Positions 53,174 through 64,000 of a stretch of 64,000 nt of DNA are shown here, piece by piece. Source of the stretch: Lama guanicoe (Eukaryota). A program made the translations under genes and the position numbers. Every line of letters starts with the position of its first letter. Positions within the stretch are counted from its first letter, which is position 1. The stretch is from contig MU053994.1 in NCBI GenBank assembly GCA_013239625.1, forward strand, positions 685,775 to 749,774, read 5' to 3'. The notes beneath the pieces were generated by a model, which was given only the letters and a program-made list of their open reading frames with translations, was not told the DNA's origin and did no database searches.

Positions 53174-53872
53174 AGGACCTAGAAAATCTCACAGAAAACT
53201 TCTAGGTTATTATATCATAAAGCAGATAATTAAAAGTTATAAGCATTACTTGGCCTTACATTTTTCTCAATTACTATACCTCCATTTAGCACCCGTATAT
53301 TTATTTGAGAGGAGCTCCTTAATGAAGTCTTCACTAAAAATGCCAGTCTACACTGATCTCTCCCTTGTAAATTCATTCAATTCAAATGAGCAAATAATCA
53401 GTTTGTCTTTATCCCATGTGAGGTATTATGTAGGTGATATCAATTGAAGTAACTACTAATTCTTAATGAACTTATAGTCTAGAAGGGAATACAAAATATA
53501 AGATATAGGGGAATGAGAAATCACATCTGAAAGTTGGAATCAGGGAATGTTTCACTTAGGAGTTAAAGGGAATGATAAGTAGAACTCTGAGAGGCAGAGA
53601 TGGAGGTAGATGGAGAAGAAAATAAGCCTGGTGCTAACAGAAGACATGGAATGGCTTGTATTGGAGGCTTACCATGTGCTTGGAACATAGGCTTTTATAC
53701 ACATCAGGTTAACTCCATGACAGCAAGAGAGGTAAATGTTATATCCCCATTTCACAAACGAATAAATTAAGGTTCAGTGACTCTTTTGGTGTTAAGTGTC
53801 AATCTCAAGTCTGCCTTGACTTCACAGCCTTTCCACTAAGTCTGACTATGAAGAGCTCAGTTTGATCAAAAT

Positions 53873-54090
53873 CAGGGGTTGGCAAACTTTTTCTGTAAAA
53901 GGCCAGACAGTGAACATTTTAAGCTTTGTGGCCGTATAGTCTCTGTCCTAATTATGCAAACTCTGCCATGGTAGTGTGAAAGTAGCCAGACAATACACAA
54001 ATGAATGGGCATGAATGGGTTCCAATAAACTTTATAAAAACCAGTGGCTGGCTAGATTTGTACTATGGCCCAGTGTGCAGACTTGTAACC
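53873..54090. mobile_element. MER58A-like hAT MITE
   Basis: caggggttggcaaactttttctgtaaaaggccagac...ttccaataaactttat. Confidence 0.8.
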
Positions 54091-54299
54091 TAAATTAAGA
54101 ATTAAGTTATAAGAAAAAGGCTACTGAGAGATGAAGCTAGAAGAGAAAGTGAGAGTTATATGGGAAAATTCACACTTATTTTAAAAAATATTAGGAATCC
54201 TCTGAAGACACTGGAGCAGATGGGAACTGAACTGCACCTGAAGGAGATTAACATAGAAAGTACTAAGCAGAATAGATTAGAGATGGCAGAGAAAGAAGG

Positions 54300-55775
54300 T
54301 TTGGAAAATGGACAGTAGATCATTTAAGCTCATGGTCATGCCTTATACTTGACTGAGAAAATAGAAATCATCGGACCTGATCTGCCTTATCTTCTCACCA
54401 ACAAACGTGCACATTTACCTACATTTTCGTATTAAAATGTAGAACGTGTCTTTCCTCTTAATAAAGACTTCACTGTAGGCCAGCTCCTCCCGTCTTCTCA
54501 AGAGCTTTGCACCTTTGGTTACACCCTCCCTCTCACATGCTACCAATCTCTGGGACTACTGACTCATGTCCGTTAGCACACAAATATGCTCTAATATTGT
54601 CCATTGACCTCGCATCTCCTTCTACCTGCCAGCCCATTTCTTTGCTCTTTTTTATGAGCAAACTAGGCAAAAGAACTATCTACACACCCTACCTCCTCTT
54701 CACTTCCTCAATTCCCATTCATGTCTCAACGTTTAACACTCTGCCTTCTCTCCTGATCTTCCCTGGAACTACTCTTATCAGGGTCACCAAAAATCTACAT
54801 GATGCCAAATCCATAGGATGCTTCTTTGAACTCTCTTTTCCTTAACTTTTGAGCAGTACTTTGAATTCATGACCTTACTCTCCTCACTTCCCTCCTCCTA
54901 TCCTACTGTCTGACAAGGATGAGGAAGGTGGCTTTGCTGGCTCTTCCTCTCCTACCATCTAAGTGTTAGTCTCAGGACAAAATCCTGGGCCCTCTTTTCT
55001 TCCTATGTTATTCTCTAATAAGTGATTTCATCACCTTCCATGGATTACAAATACTATCTCTATGTTGATGGTTTCCAAATTTCTATCTCTAGTCCAGACC
55101 TCTCTTCTGAAGATTATACTTTCATTTTCAATTGCCTGCTTGATATTTCTGCTTGGATGTGTCACACTTGTATCAAGCTCAATTTGTAATTTTTTTCCTC
55201 AAACTAGTCAACCATCCTCCTGCCTACACATTTTTGTGTAATCTGTTAACAAGTTTAGCAAGTTCAGTTGGTTCTATGTCTAAAATGTATTTCAAATTTG
55301 CCTCCTTCTATTTCCATTGCAAATACCTTAGGTCCACACACCATCATCTCTGGTAACAGGCTCTTAAGGTTTCTTCCTACCTTTAGTCTGGTGTGCCTAC
55401 ATCCACACACAGGCAAAAGTGATCATCTTAAAATTTAAATTGGATTGGAGGACATCATTCCACTGTTTAACACCCTTTAATGACTTTCTATTGCACTTAA
55501 GAAAAACACCCAAATCAAATAGGCTTCTCATGGTCTGTAAAACAATGAACATTCTTTTTCCAACATCATCTTGTCCTGCCTTTTCTCTCACTCTATAGAG
55601 TCAATGGTCTTCTTTCTCTTATAAACTGCCTCTAAACCTTTACCTACATTATTTTCTTTGCTTGGAATATATACATCCTTTCTCTTTGTGTGGCTTTCTT
55701 GTCCTTTATGTTTTAGCTTTAATGTCACCTTCTCAGCTATGTCTTCCCTGATCTCCTTCCCTCCATTAGTCTGCA
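54300..55775 (+). mobile_element. L2 remnant
   Basis: tttctatctctagtccagacctctct, gacttctattgcactta-like and aatgtcaccttctca L2-type motifs. Confidence 0.65.
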
Positions 55776-56479
55776 AATAATTTAGAAAAAGTCACCTTAT
55801 ATGTTGGATACAACTTTCAAAATACTTTTTTATTAAGTCAGTGTTAGCAAACAGTCACAAAAAGATAAGGGATGGCTTTTCCTTTTGCTCCAAAGCTACA
55901 AAATCCTGTCTATCTTCACATTCAGATCTCTTGAAGTGGGAAACAACTTACTCTAAACTATAAACTTCTCTTTTCCCTATACACACTGTTGTCAGAATCT
56001 ATTTTTCCCATGTACAGAGCTGAAGAGTGCCAGTCATTCTTATCTCAAAAGGAAACATACAAAAGTTGTGGGTGAAATGCAGGAAATCCAGCTCATTAAC
56101 AAAGTCCTAGTTGTAGATAATATTCCATTTCCATGGCCCACAACTCTTGCCTGAGTTTCTGGTCCTTTGTTACCTCCATCTTTTGTCTAGGTTCCTGATC
56201 CCTAAGATACTAAAAATTATCTGTGCCACGATTCTTAATCCCAGATGCTCAGATCACCATCTTATTTCCAAACCTACTGCTTACTCTGATTCCCTGGCTT
56301 CTTGTCCTGCCCCTATCATCCAGGTATCTTCCCTGCAGTAACATAAACACACTCCTAAGATACACAAATTTCTATAAACCAAATTATTTGGAAGAAACTG
56401 TATAATAGCTAAAGAGGTGGAATTACAATTTAAAACATGAAATCTATCTAATAGGCAGTGAGGCAGAGGTGTTAATAAC

Positions 56480-56960
56480 CAAGACTATGTTTATTAAGAG
56501 GTTTCTAGAGACGCTAGGCTCAACGCTAAGTATTTTATATGGTTTATCTCATTTAACTGTCACCAATACTCTGTAAAGCAGGTATTATTTAAACTCATTT
56601 CAAAGATACGGAAACTGAGGCTTAGAGAAATTAAGAAACTTTCCCAAAGTTGGTCTCATAGTTAATAAATGTCAGAGCTGGTCTGGTTGCAGATCAGTGT
56701 AACTCCACACCCCACACTCTTAACATGATGCTATATTGCCTAAATGCAGAACTCCACACAGGTCCAGAAGACTTGCATTCAAATCCTGTTCCATTCATTT
56801 ACAAACTGAGTGACCTTGGGCAAGTCACTCAATCTCTTCAAGCCTTGCTTTTCTCATCTATAAAAATGAAGACGAGAACTCCCACCTATTTCATGAAGTT
56901 GCTTCTGGGTTTGAAGGAGATAACATAAGAGAAGGTAATAGGTATGCTATACACTGCTCT
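56480..56960. mobile_element. Two MIR elements in opposite orientation
   Basis: ggaaactgaggcttagagaaattaag and gtgaccttgggcaagtcactcaatctct core motifs. Confidence 0.7.
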
Positions 56961-57178
56961 ATGAAGGGACGCTGCTGCTGCTACATGAGATTTTTAGGAT
57001 CACTGAAGATGCTTTCTATTAGTTAGAGTATTCCTGGATTGGAGTTCAAATGAGGGGTGTCAGTCCCTAACTAGGAGGAAAACAATTTAATTGGAGAAAA
57101 CATCTTAAGATAAACATGAAAACAATAGAAACAAATGGTACATTTTTTTCTGAGAGATGGCAGAGCTTCAGATGTTAC

Positions 57179-57350
57179 CTGGTTCCAGTGGCTGCATGGA
57201 GCCCTCCTTTTCAGGCATAATTTTCTCCAGCAGATCACTTTCAGACACACAGAAAGGAACTGAACGAGGTGAAAAACAAGTGGGTGGTACCAGAGTCCCT
57301 TCAGTTGGAGGTAGTGTTCTTGGCATTCGAATAGAGTCTGGAGATTTTTC
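57179..57350 (-). CDS. RPGR: RPGR exon 11
   Basis: tttaaag|GAAAAATCT...CCAG|gtaaca; 172 nt; EKSPDSIRMPRTLPPTEGT...MQPLEP. Confidence 0.95.
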
Positions 57351-58304
57351 CTTTAAAATAAATAGGTTCAATAAACTGTTAGATGATGTTATATATTTAA
57401 TATTGACACAAACTACCCTAAAGTTGCTAAAAATATTTAAGAGACAGACTTCAAAATTGGTCAGTGTCCCACAACATTCACTTCTTAATAATCTCCAAGG
57501 GCTCAAAAATGTTCTGTCCTGTTGCTTCTGTATCTAAGTTGCTCTAAATTGTCAATTTGGAAGTCTATTTTTCACAAAAAGGGGAAAAATGTGTATGTGT
57601 TTTCTCTGCCTTCCCTGAGTAACAAAAGATTACTCGTAAGATGCAAACAAGCAACAACTACAAAAAAACTTATGGGATATTTCTCAATCTTTCCATATAT
57701 ACTTTTCCATAGTAAAAAGCCAAACTCAACCTTTTTACCTCAAAAGGAATACATTTTGGAACTTACAGTAATTTTTTAAAGGAATGTTTCCTTTAAAATT
57801 ATTTGGTATTTTTAAAATATAAGTATCATTGAAATAATAATTTTAAAGCACAGGAAGAGAATCTCCAAATATAACTGAGAAAGAACACTCCCTCTCTCAA
57901 ACTAAAGTCCTTATTTCTTTGTTTTCCACATTTCATTATTTATAGTATATAAGCTTCCACTGCTCATGAGGTATTTTCTTCAAAAAATAAAAGCACAGTA
58001 GAAGTCAATTCACGTGTAGTTGAGAAAACAACTCAGCACTCAATCTGAGGTGGTAAGACAGTGGTAAGTACCACTGTTTATAAGAAAAAAATATTCATGA
58101 TAATTCCAGTTTTCTAGTTTGTGTGTTTAACAGCTTAATTCTGAATTCACTGTAAAAGTTTGTAAGCCCTCAATTCTAATAATCTTGTTTAGTAAATTGA
58201 TCTAAGAAAACCCTTCTTCGGTTTAAAAAGAAAGTGAATTTGTTGTTTTCCAGGGTTTTGCAGGGCTAGACGATACTATTACATAGAAGAGGCCACAGCT
58301 GTAC

Positions 58305-58490
58305 CCGCTCTCTTCGACGCATACGTGCTGATAAAGATCTATTCAAGACAGTTCCTGAGGTCAGATCGCTGATGGGCAAAAATGTAGATGAAGGTAAGTA
58401 ACAATCATTCATTTCATCTGAATCATTGTCTTCTAACATATCAAGTCGTGGAGTGGCAAAAACTAGCATGTGACATCCACCACAAGCAAC
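58305..58490 (-). CDS. RPGR: RPGR exon 10
   Basis: tctgcag|GTTGCTTGT...GAGCGG|gtacag; 186 nt; [14 protein letters not shown]...[10 protein letters not shown]. Confidence 0.96.
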
Positions 58491-59916
58491 CTGCAGAAAT
58501 CAATTCACAGATAAATTAATCAACATTGGCTTCAGACACAAATGGGTTTTTAACAGTTTTCAGCTACAAAACATTAACTTACCAGTATACTGACTGACTG
58601 ACCACGTGAATCTCTTTCTTCACACACATACACACGCATGAGAAATACAATATATGTTCTTTAAATACTATTACTGAAAATTAGAATACTTTAACATACC
58701 ATTTTACTTTCAATTTAATATATAATATAGAGAAAAAACTATTTAGCATATTGTATTTCTCCTTATACATTAGAAGACGTTATTTTAATCTGGGAACAAC
58801 ATTAACAACTTGAAAAAATTACTCAGAGAAGTTCTACTTGGAAATAAGTGATCCAAGAATAAATCAGTCTCCTGGGATAATTATGTCTCCAAGTCTTTCT
58901 CTTTACATGAAGTTTAAGTTTAAAACTTTAAAGTCCTGAGAGCAAAATGTAAGCATACACAATGATGAAACAATGAAAACTGAAATCAGCATTCAAAGGA
59001 TTTTGAGAAATAACATTTTTGATAAAATGCTTAAAAAATATTGTGTAGTATTTGCAATACAGATTTTTAGCATCTTTATAGTGTTCTACAAGGTGGCACA
59101 GAATAGCATACTCTGAACCCTTCCATCATAGTATTTTCAAAGTTAAAATTGATATTTTTTTTGTGTAGCACTTTAAAGATTGATCTTCTCCATAAGATTA
59201 TAGGCTTAGTGAATGAGAATCTGGTCACTTTGTTCATCACTGTATGCTTTGTATTCCTCATCCTCAGTCCAGTATCATATATCGAGCAGGCATTCATTAA
59301 ACGTGTCAAATCAAGGGATGGAAGTGTCCCATAGCATGAGGCTCTGAGCCTTTGAAGAACAAATTTCAAGTGATATTATTATCACTAAGTAAACAGAATT
59401 TTCAAGCCTATAGTTCTTAACTGGCCAAAGTGTTAGCAACAACAGAGATATAGTGCCTGATGGGGATGACACTGAACCACCACCTTATCCAAATAACACT
59501 TAGCCAATAAAATGTATTTTCAAAACTCTTCATTTATTATCAGATTTTCGCCTGTGCAGGATTTGAGAGTCTAAGCGATATCTAATTCAACAAATATTTA
59601 TAGTCAGCCACTATGAGTGAGGCACTCTGCTGGGAGCTACAGAAACACAAAGTCTCCAGGCATGGAACAGTCTCTTAAGAGACATATGAGAACAAAGTAG
59701 AAGAGTCAAGATTAGGGCAAAAAGGAAGATGTTAAAGGAGGAATGTTAGGAAAGGAACAGATTTTTCAGAGTGGCATGATGTCTGACTTTGGGCTTTCAG
59801 GAAACAAGTATATTTATTATTGCATACTAACATAAAAGTACATATTTTCTATGAAATACTGAAAGACTTAAACATAGGAATATGAAAATGTACATAGTGA
59901 AATGTAATACCCTTAC

Positions 59917-60041
59917 CAACTGAATTATAAACCTCAAAAAGTTAGAACACAAAGTAGGAACAAATTGATTGGTAAAATTTTCCAGTCCAAGTCCTAATTT
60001 TCCGTGTCGACCATCTCCAAAAGTATACATAAGGCCTATAT
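59917..60041 (-). CDS. RPGR: RPGR exon 9 (RCC1-like domain)
   Basis: ttttag|ATATAGGCC...CAGTTG|gtaagg; 125 nt; encodes (D)[41 protein letters not shown], recognisable RPGR RCC1 repeat. Confidence 0.97.
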
Positions 60042-60412
60042 CTAAAATGAAAAAAAGAGAGAGTGTTACATTCATGGATCTATTTTTAAACAGACAAGTA
60101 TTAACTTAATTGCAATTATCCCTTCAAATTTTGCATTGAATTCACTCTGATCCATTGATGTTTTCACACTCTTTATGGTCTCTGTGGTCCCACACAAAAC
60201 ATTAGGAAATAGATACTCTGAGAATAAATCACTAAGCCCTTGGTGGTCTGTGAAGTTGAGAGCCAGTCGTGTGAGGCATTGTGTGGAGCAGCAATCCAGC
60301 ATGAGATCTCATGATACACACCATCTTCTCAAGGGGAAGGAGATTTTGGTATATTGGACCCCTACATCCCAACACAATCTATTTTCTTTTTTCCTCAGGT
60401 CACTGATTTGAT

Positions 60413-60625
60413 TAGTGTCTCTCAACCTTGGCATTACAGACAATTGAGGCCAGATAATTCTTGATCATATGGGTTTGTCCCATGCATTGTGGGATGTTTA
60501 GCAGCATCCTTGGCCTCTACCTACTAAATGCTCATAGAATACCCTGCCTCGACAGTTGTGACAATCAAAGATATCTCCAGACACTGCCATGTGTCCCCTA
60601 AGGAGATAAAAATCACCATGAGTTT
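60413..60625. mobile_element. MER20-like hAT MITE
   Basis: ctcaaccttggca...ggatgtttagcagcatccttggcctctacc...ctccagacactgcca. Confidence 0.8.
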
Positions 60626-61207
60626 AGATCAATCCAACTGTCACTTTTATTTCTGCTCCACAGTTGTGGAATGCTGCTGAAGAAAATGCCATAAACTAAC
60701 CATGCTGCTAGTCTCTATACCAATATTGGGGCCCCCTATACAGCTGGGCACATGATGATGATGAGTAATTTTGTTGCTTCTCTCCAGTTAATCCTTTTGC
60801 CCACTGCCATAACAGCTACTCTGAACATTCATTCCCCAAGCCCTTCCTTCATACCCTCCATCTCAAGCTGGGTAAGTGGCATGGAAGCAGAAGGAAAGGA
60901 AGGGGTGCTAGTATGGGTGCAGAGGAGGGGGCTCTCCTTCTAGTCTGGTGATTCGGAAAGGCTATCAGACCAAAGCCAAAAGGATTAGGGTTTAGCTGCA
61001 AGAAGAAGGAAGCAGAGACTCTTTCAGGCAGAGACCAGGAGTACATACAAAAGCTGTGAATCAAGAGAAAACATAGCACAATCAAGAAGTTGAAAGGCAA
61101 CCAATGTGTCTGGAGCACAAAGGGGAGAGTGCTTTGAGATGAATCAGAAGAGGGAAGAAGGAACCACACCACAGAGGTTCCTATTAGTTCAAATTAAGAA
61201 TTTTTCA

Positions 61208-64000
61208 GGAAAGAGAAGCAAGATGGTGGAGTAGAAGGACGCTCGTAGCTCACCCTCTCCCACAAATACACCAAAACTCACATCTACGGACCCACTCAGC
61301 CAACCAGAGCACCTGCCAAACTCCGACAGAACATCGCCCTCTTCGAAAGACAAAGACGCCAAAAACCTGGTAGGAGAAAAGGAAAAAAAAAAGAAGAAAA
61401 AGCAAAACAGTGTGGGACCGGTCCCGCAGGGTGGGAGCGGCAAAGAAGGACTGGCGCTATTTCACTGGGTCGCCCCCCCTCCAACGGAGAGGCCAGCAGG
61501 ACGGAAGGGGAGCCTCTGAGGCTCAGATCTGCCCCGAGCACCCCATGACTGACACCCATGACTGACTGAGTTAAACGGGCACAAAGGGTCCCTGTGACAC
61601 CCAGCCCGAGACGCGAGCCAGCAGCTGGGGCCGGGACAGGCCGCCTGAGCCGGGCGGAGGACTAGGGCGGCTGCACTGAGGCAGCCCTGGGGGACTGCAG
61701 GGTGCTGCATGACATCGCCCTCTTCGAAAGACAAAGACGCCAAAAATCTGGTAGGAGAAAAGGAAAAAAAAAAGAAGAAAAAGCAAAACAGTGTGGGACC
61801 GGTCCCGCAGGGTGGGAGCGGCAAAGAAGGACTGGCGCTATTTCACTGGGTCGCCCCCCCTCCAACGGAGAGGCCAGCAGGACGGAAGGGGAGCCTCTGA
61901 GGCTCAGATCTGCCCCGAGCACCCCATGACTGACAGAACTGAGTTAAACGGGCACAAAGGGTCCCTGTGACACCCAGCCCGAGACGCGAGCCAGCAGCTG
62001 GGGCCGGGACAGGCCGCCTGAGCCGGGCAGAGGACTAGGGCGGCTGCACTGAGGCAGCCCTGGGGGACTGCAGGGTGCTGCATGCTGTGGCTGGGAGGGG
62101 ATACGGAGCAGAACAACCTCGGTCTCCCATAAATTATGAAAAAAGCAAAGCAACACGGCTGGTGTGCCCTGGGGGGAGGGGCATCGTAGCCTTTGTCTCC
62201 TCAGACCTGTGCCGCCATTACTGGCGCATCTCGTGAGAAGAGAGGCGGGGAGCAGCCACAGCCTCTATCTCCTCCTGTGCACAGCACCCGGGCGGGGATA
62301 GGGGCGGGGCCGAGACCTGAATCCACACCTGGGGGCTCTGCAACCTCCTGGGCAGGACTGAGACTTGTTTACAGCCTGAGGCAGATAGGATGTTTTTGCC
62401 CTAGCACCTCAGAGAACTTGTGCAGCCAAGACAAACAAGGAGCTGAGATTTGGCATGGAGCAGGGGTGGGGCCGTTCCACAGTCTTCCCCGAGCCTGCCT
62501 TCGGAGCGCTGACCGGAGGCAGAGCAGGCAGCTGCACAAAGCAGCGGAGCAACTGGTGCCGGGATTGGGTGGGCAGCCACTGCCCTTCCTGGCAGGAACG
62601 CAGCACCTGACCACGGTGCTGGGAGGGGGCACGATCTGCCCACCTGCCTCCCCTCAGCGCAGCATCTGACTGCAGCATTGATAAATTATGAAAAGCAAAG
62701 CAACACGGCTGGTGTGCCCTGGGGGGAGGGGCATCGTAGCCTTTGTCTCCTCAGACCTGTGCCGCCATTACTGGCGCATCTCGTGAGAAGAGAGGTAGGG
62801 CGTAGCCACAGCCGCCATCTCCTCCTGTGTGCAGCGCCTAGGCGGGGGCAGGGCTGACACCTGAATTCGCACCCAGGGGCTCTGCAACCTCCTAGGGAGG
62901 ACTGAGGCAGATAGGATCTTTCTGCCCTGGCACCTCAGAGAACTTGCACCACCAAGACAAACAGGGAGCTGAGATTTGGCACGGAGCAGGGTCAGGGCTG
63001 TTCCATGGTCTTCCCTGAGCCCGCCTTCAGAGCACCGACCCGAGGTGGAGCGGGCAGGTGCACAGAGCAGCAGAGCGATGGGTGCCAGGAGAGGGCGGGT
63101 GGCCATCCGCCTTCCTGGCAGGCACACAGCTCCTGACCAAGGTGCTAGGAGGGGGTGTGATCCGCCCACCTGCCTCCTCCCCACCCCCGCCCCGAGCGCA
63201 GCATCTGACTGCTGCATTGGGAGGGGGAGTGACACACCCGCCCACCGGGTAAGAGCTCAGCTTCTGACCCAGTGTTAGGAGGGGGTGCAGTCTGCTAGCC
63301 GACTGCCACTGGGAGCAGCACAGACGAGGGCGCCAACAGAGGGCCTCTGGAAACAGCAAGCTGAGTTCGCGAAACAGGGCGAAGACACAAAGACCTCTTG
63401 ATAAAATCATTAAGAGCACACCGTCTCCAGGAGAACTAGATAACTGATACTCCTTAAGCCACAGTGCCAGAGAGACATGAGCAATCTGAAGAAGCAGAGG
63501 AAACACTCCCAATTAAAAGAGCAAGAGAAATCCCCTGAAAGCACGATCAAGGAAATAGACATTGATGGCCTACTAGATCAAGATTTCAAAAAAGGAGTGA
63601 TCAAAGTACTGAAGAAACTAAAAGAAATAGTGTTTAGAGATATAAAATAGGTCAAAAATGAAATAGAAGCTATAAAGAAGAACCAAGTAGAATTAGTAAA
63701 CTCATTTGCAGAGATGAGAGCTGACCTAAAGGCTGTACAAAGCAGGCTAGATAATGCAGAGGAATAAATAAGTTACTTAGAAGACAGGACAACAGAGAGC
63801 ACCCAATCAGAACAGCTGAGAGAAAAGCAAATAAATAACAATGAAAACAATATAAGGGACCTATGGGATAATATAAAGCACAATATGGGACAATCTACGC
63901 ATAATAGGGGTTCCAGAAGGGGAAGAAAGAACAAAGGGGATTGAAAAGGTCTTTGAAGAAATCATGACTGAAAAGTTCCCCAACCTAAAGAAGGAATCAG
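61208..64000 (+). mobile_element. 5'-intact L1 (CpG-rich 5' UTR with internal duplications, start of ORF1), antisense in RPGR intron 8; runs off the window
   Basis: Starts ...gcaagatggtggagtag (YY1-like L1 start); GC/CpG-rich UTR of about 2.3 kb; ORF1-like frame from 63477. Confidence 0.9.
63477..64000 (+). pseudogene. Disabled L1 ORF1
   Basis: MSNLKKQRKHSQLKEQEKSPE...; in-frame stops TAG 63648-63650 and TAA 63765-63767; later ORF1 motif NLRIIGVPEGEER. Confidence 0.88.

Noticed and set aside
58491..59916. Homologue of human alternative exon 9a in intron 9
   Set aside because: I could not identify supportable boundaries from the sequence alone.
61189..63512. Numerous 60-160 aa ORFs on both strands
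   Set aside because: GC-rich L1 5' UTR with internal duplications; no recognisable protein.

Overview
Mammalian genomic DNA, most likely camelid judging from the recurrent tRNA-derived SINE and the young L1 3' ends (inference). The window holds the 3' half of the X-linked retinitis pigmentosa gene RPGR on the minus strand: exons 9-19 with canonical AG/GT boundaries and a continuous frame, ending in the CaaX motif CTIL. It also holds the Glu/Gly-rich retinal terminal exon ORF15 (broken by a 364-N gap), an open in-frame intron 14 and an exon 15a homologue. The rest is mostly transposon-derived: a decayed ERV-L provirus end, old and young L1s, L2, MIR, MaLR LTRs, hAT MITEs, SINEs, and a 5'-intact antisense L1 in intron 8. 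I see no evidence of a wholly new biological system. The best leads concern RPGR processing: apparent turnover of the exon 16 donor, candidate microexons in introns 13 and 15, a double hairpin at the likely poly(A) site, and an L1 antisense promoter/donor above exon 9. Human comparisons and repeat family names are from memory, not from searches.
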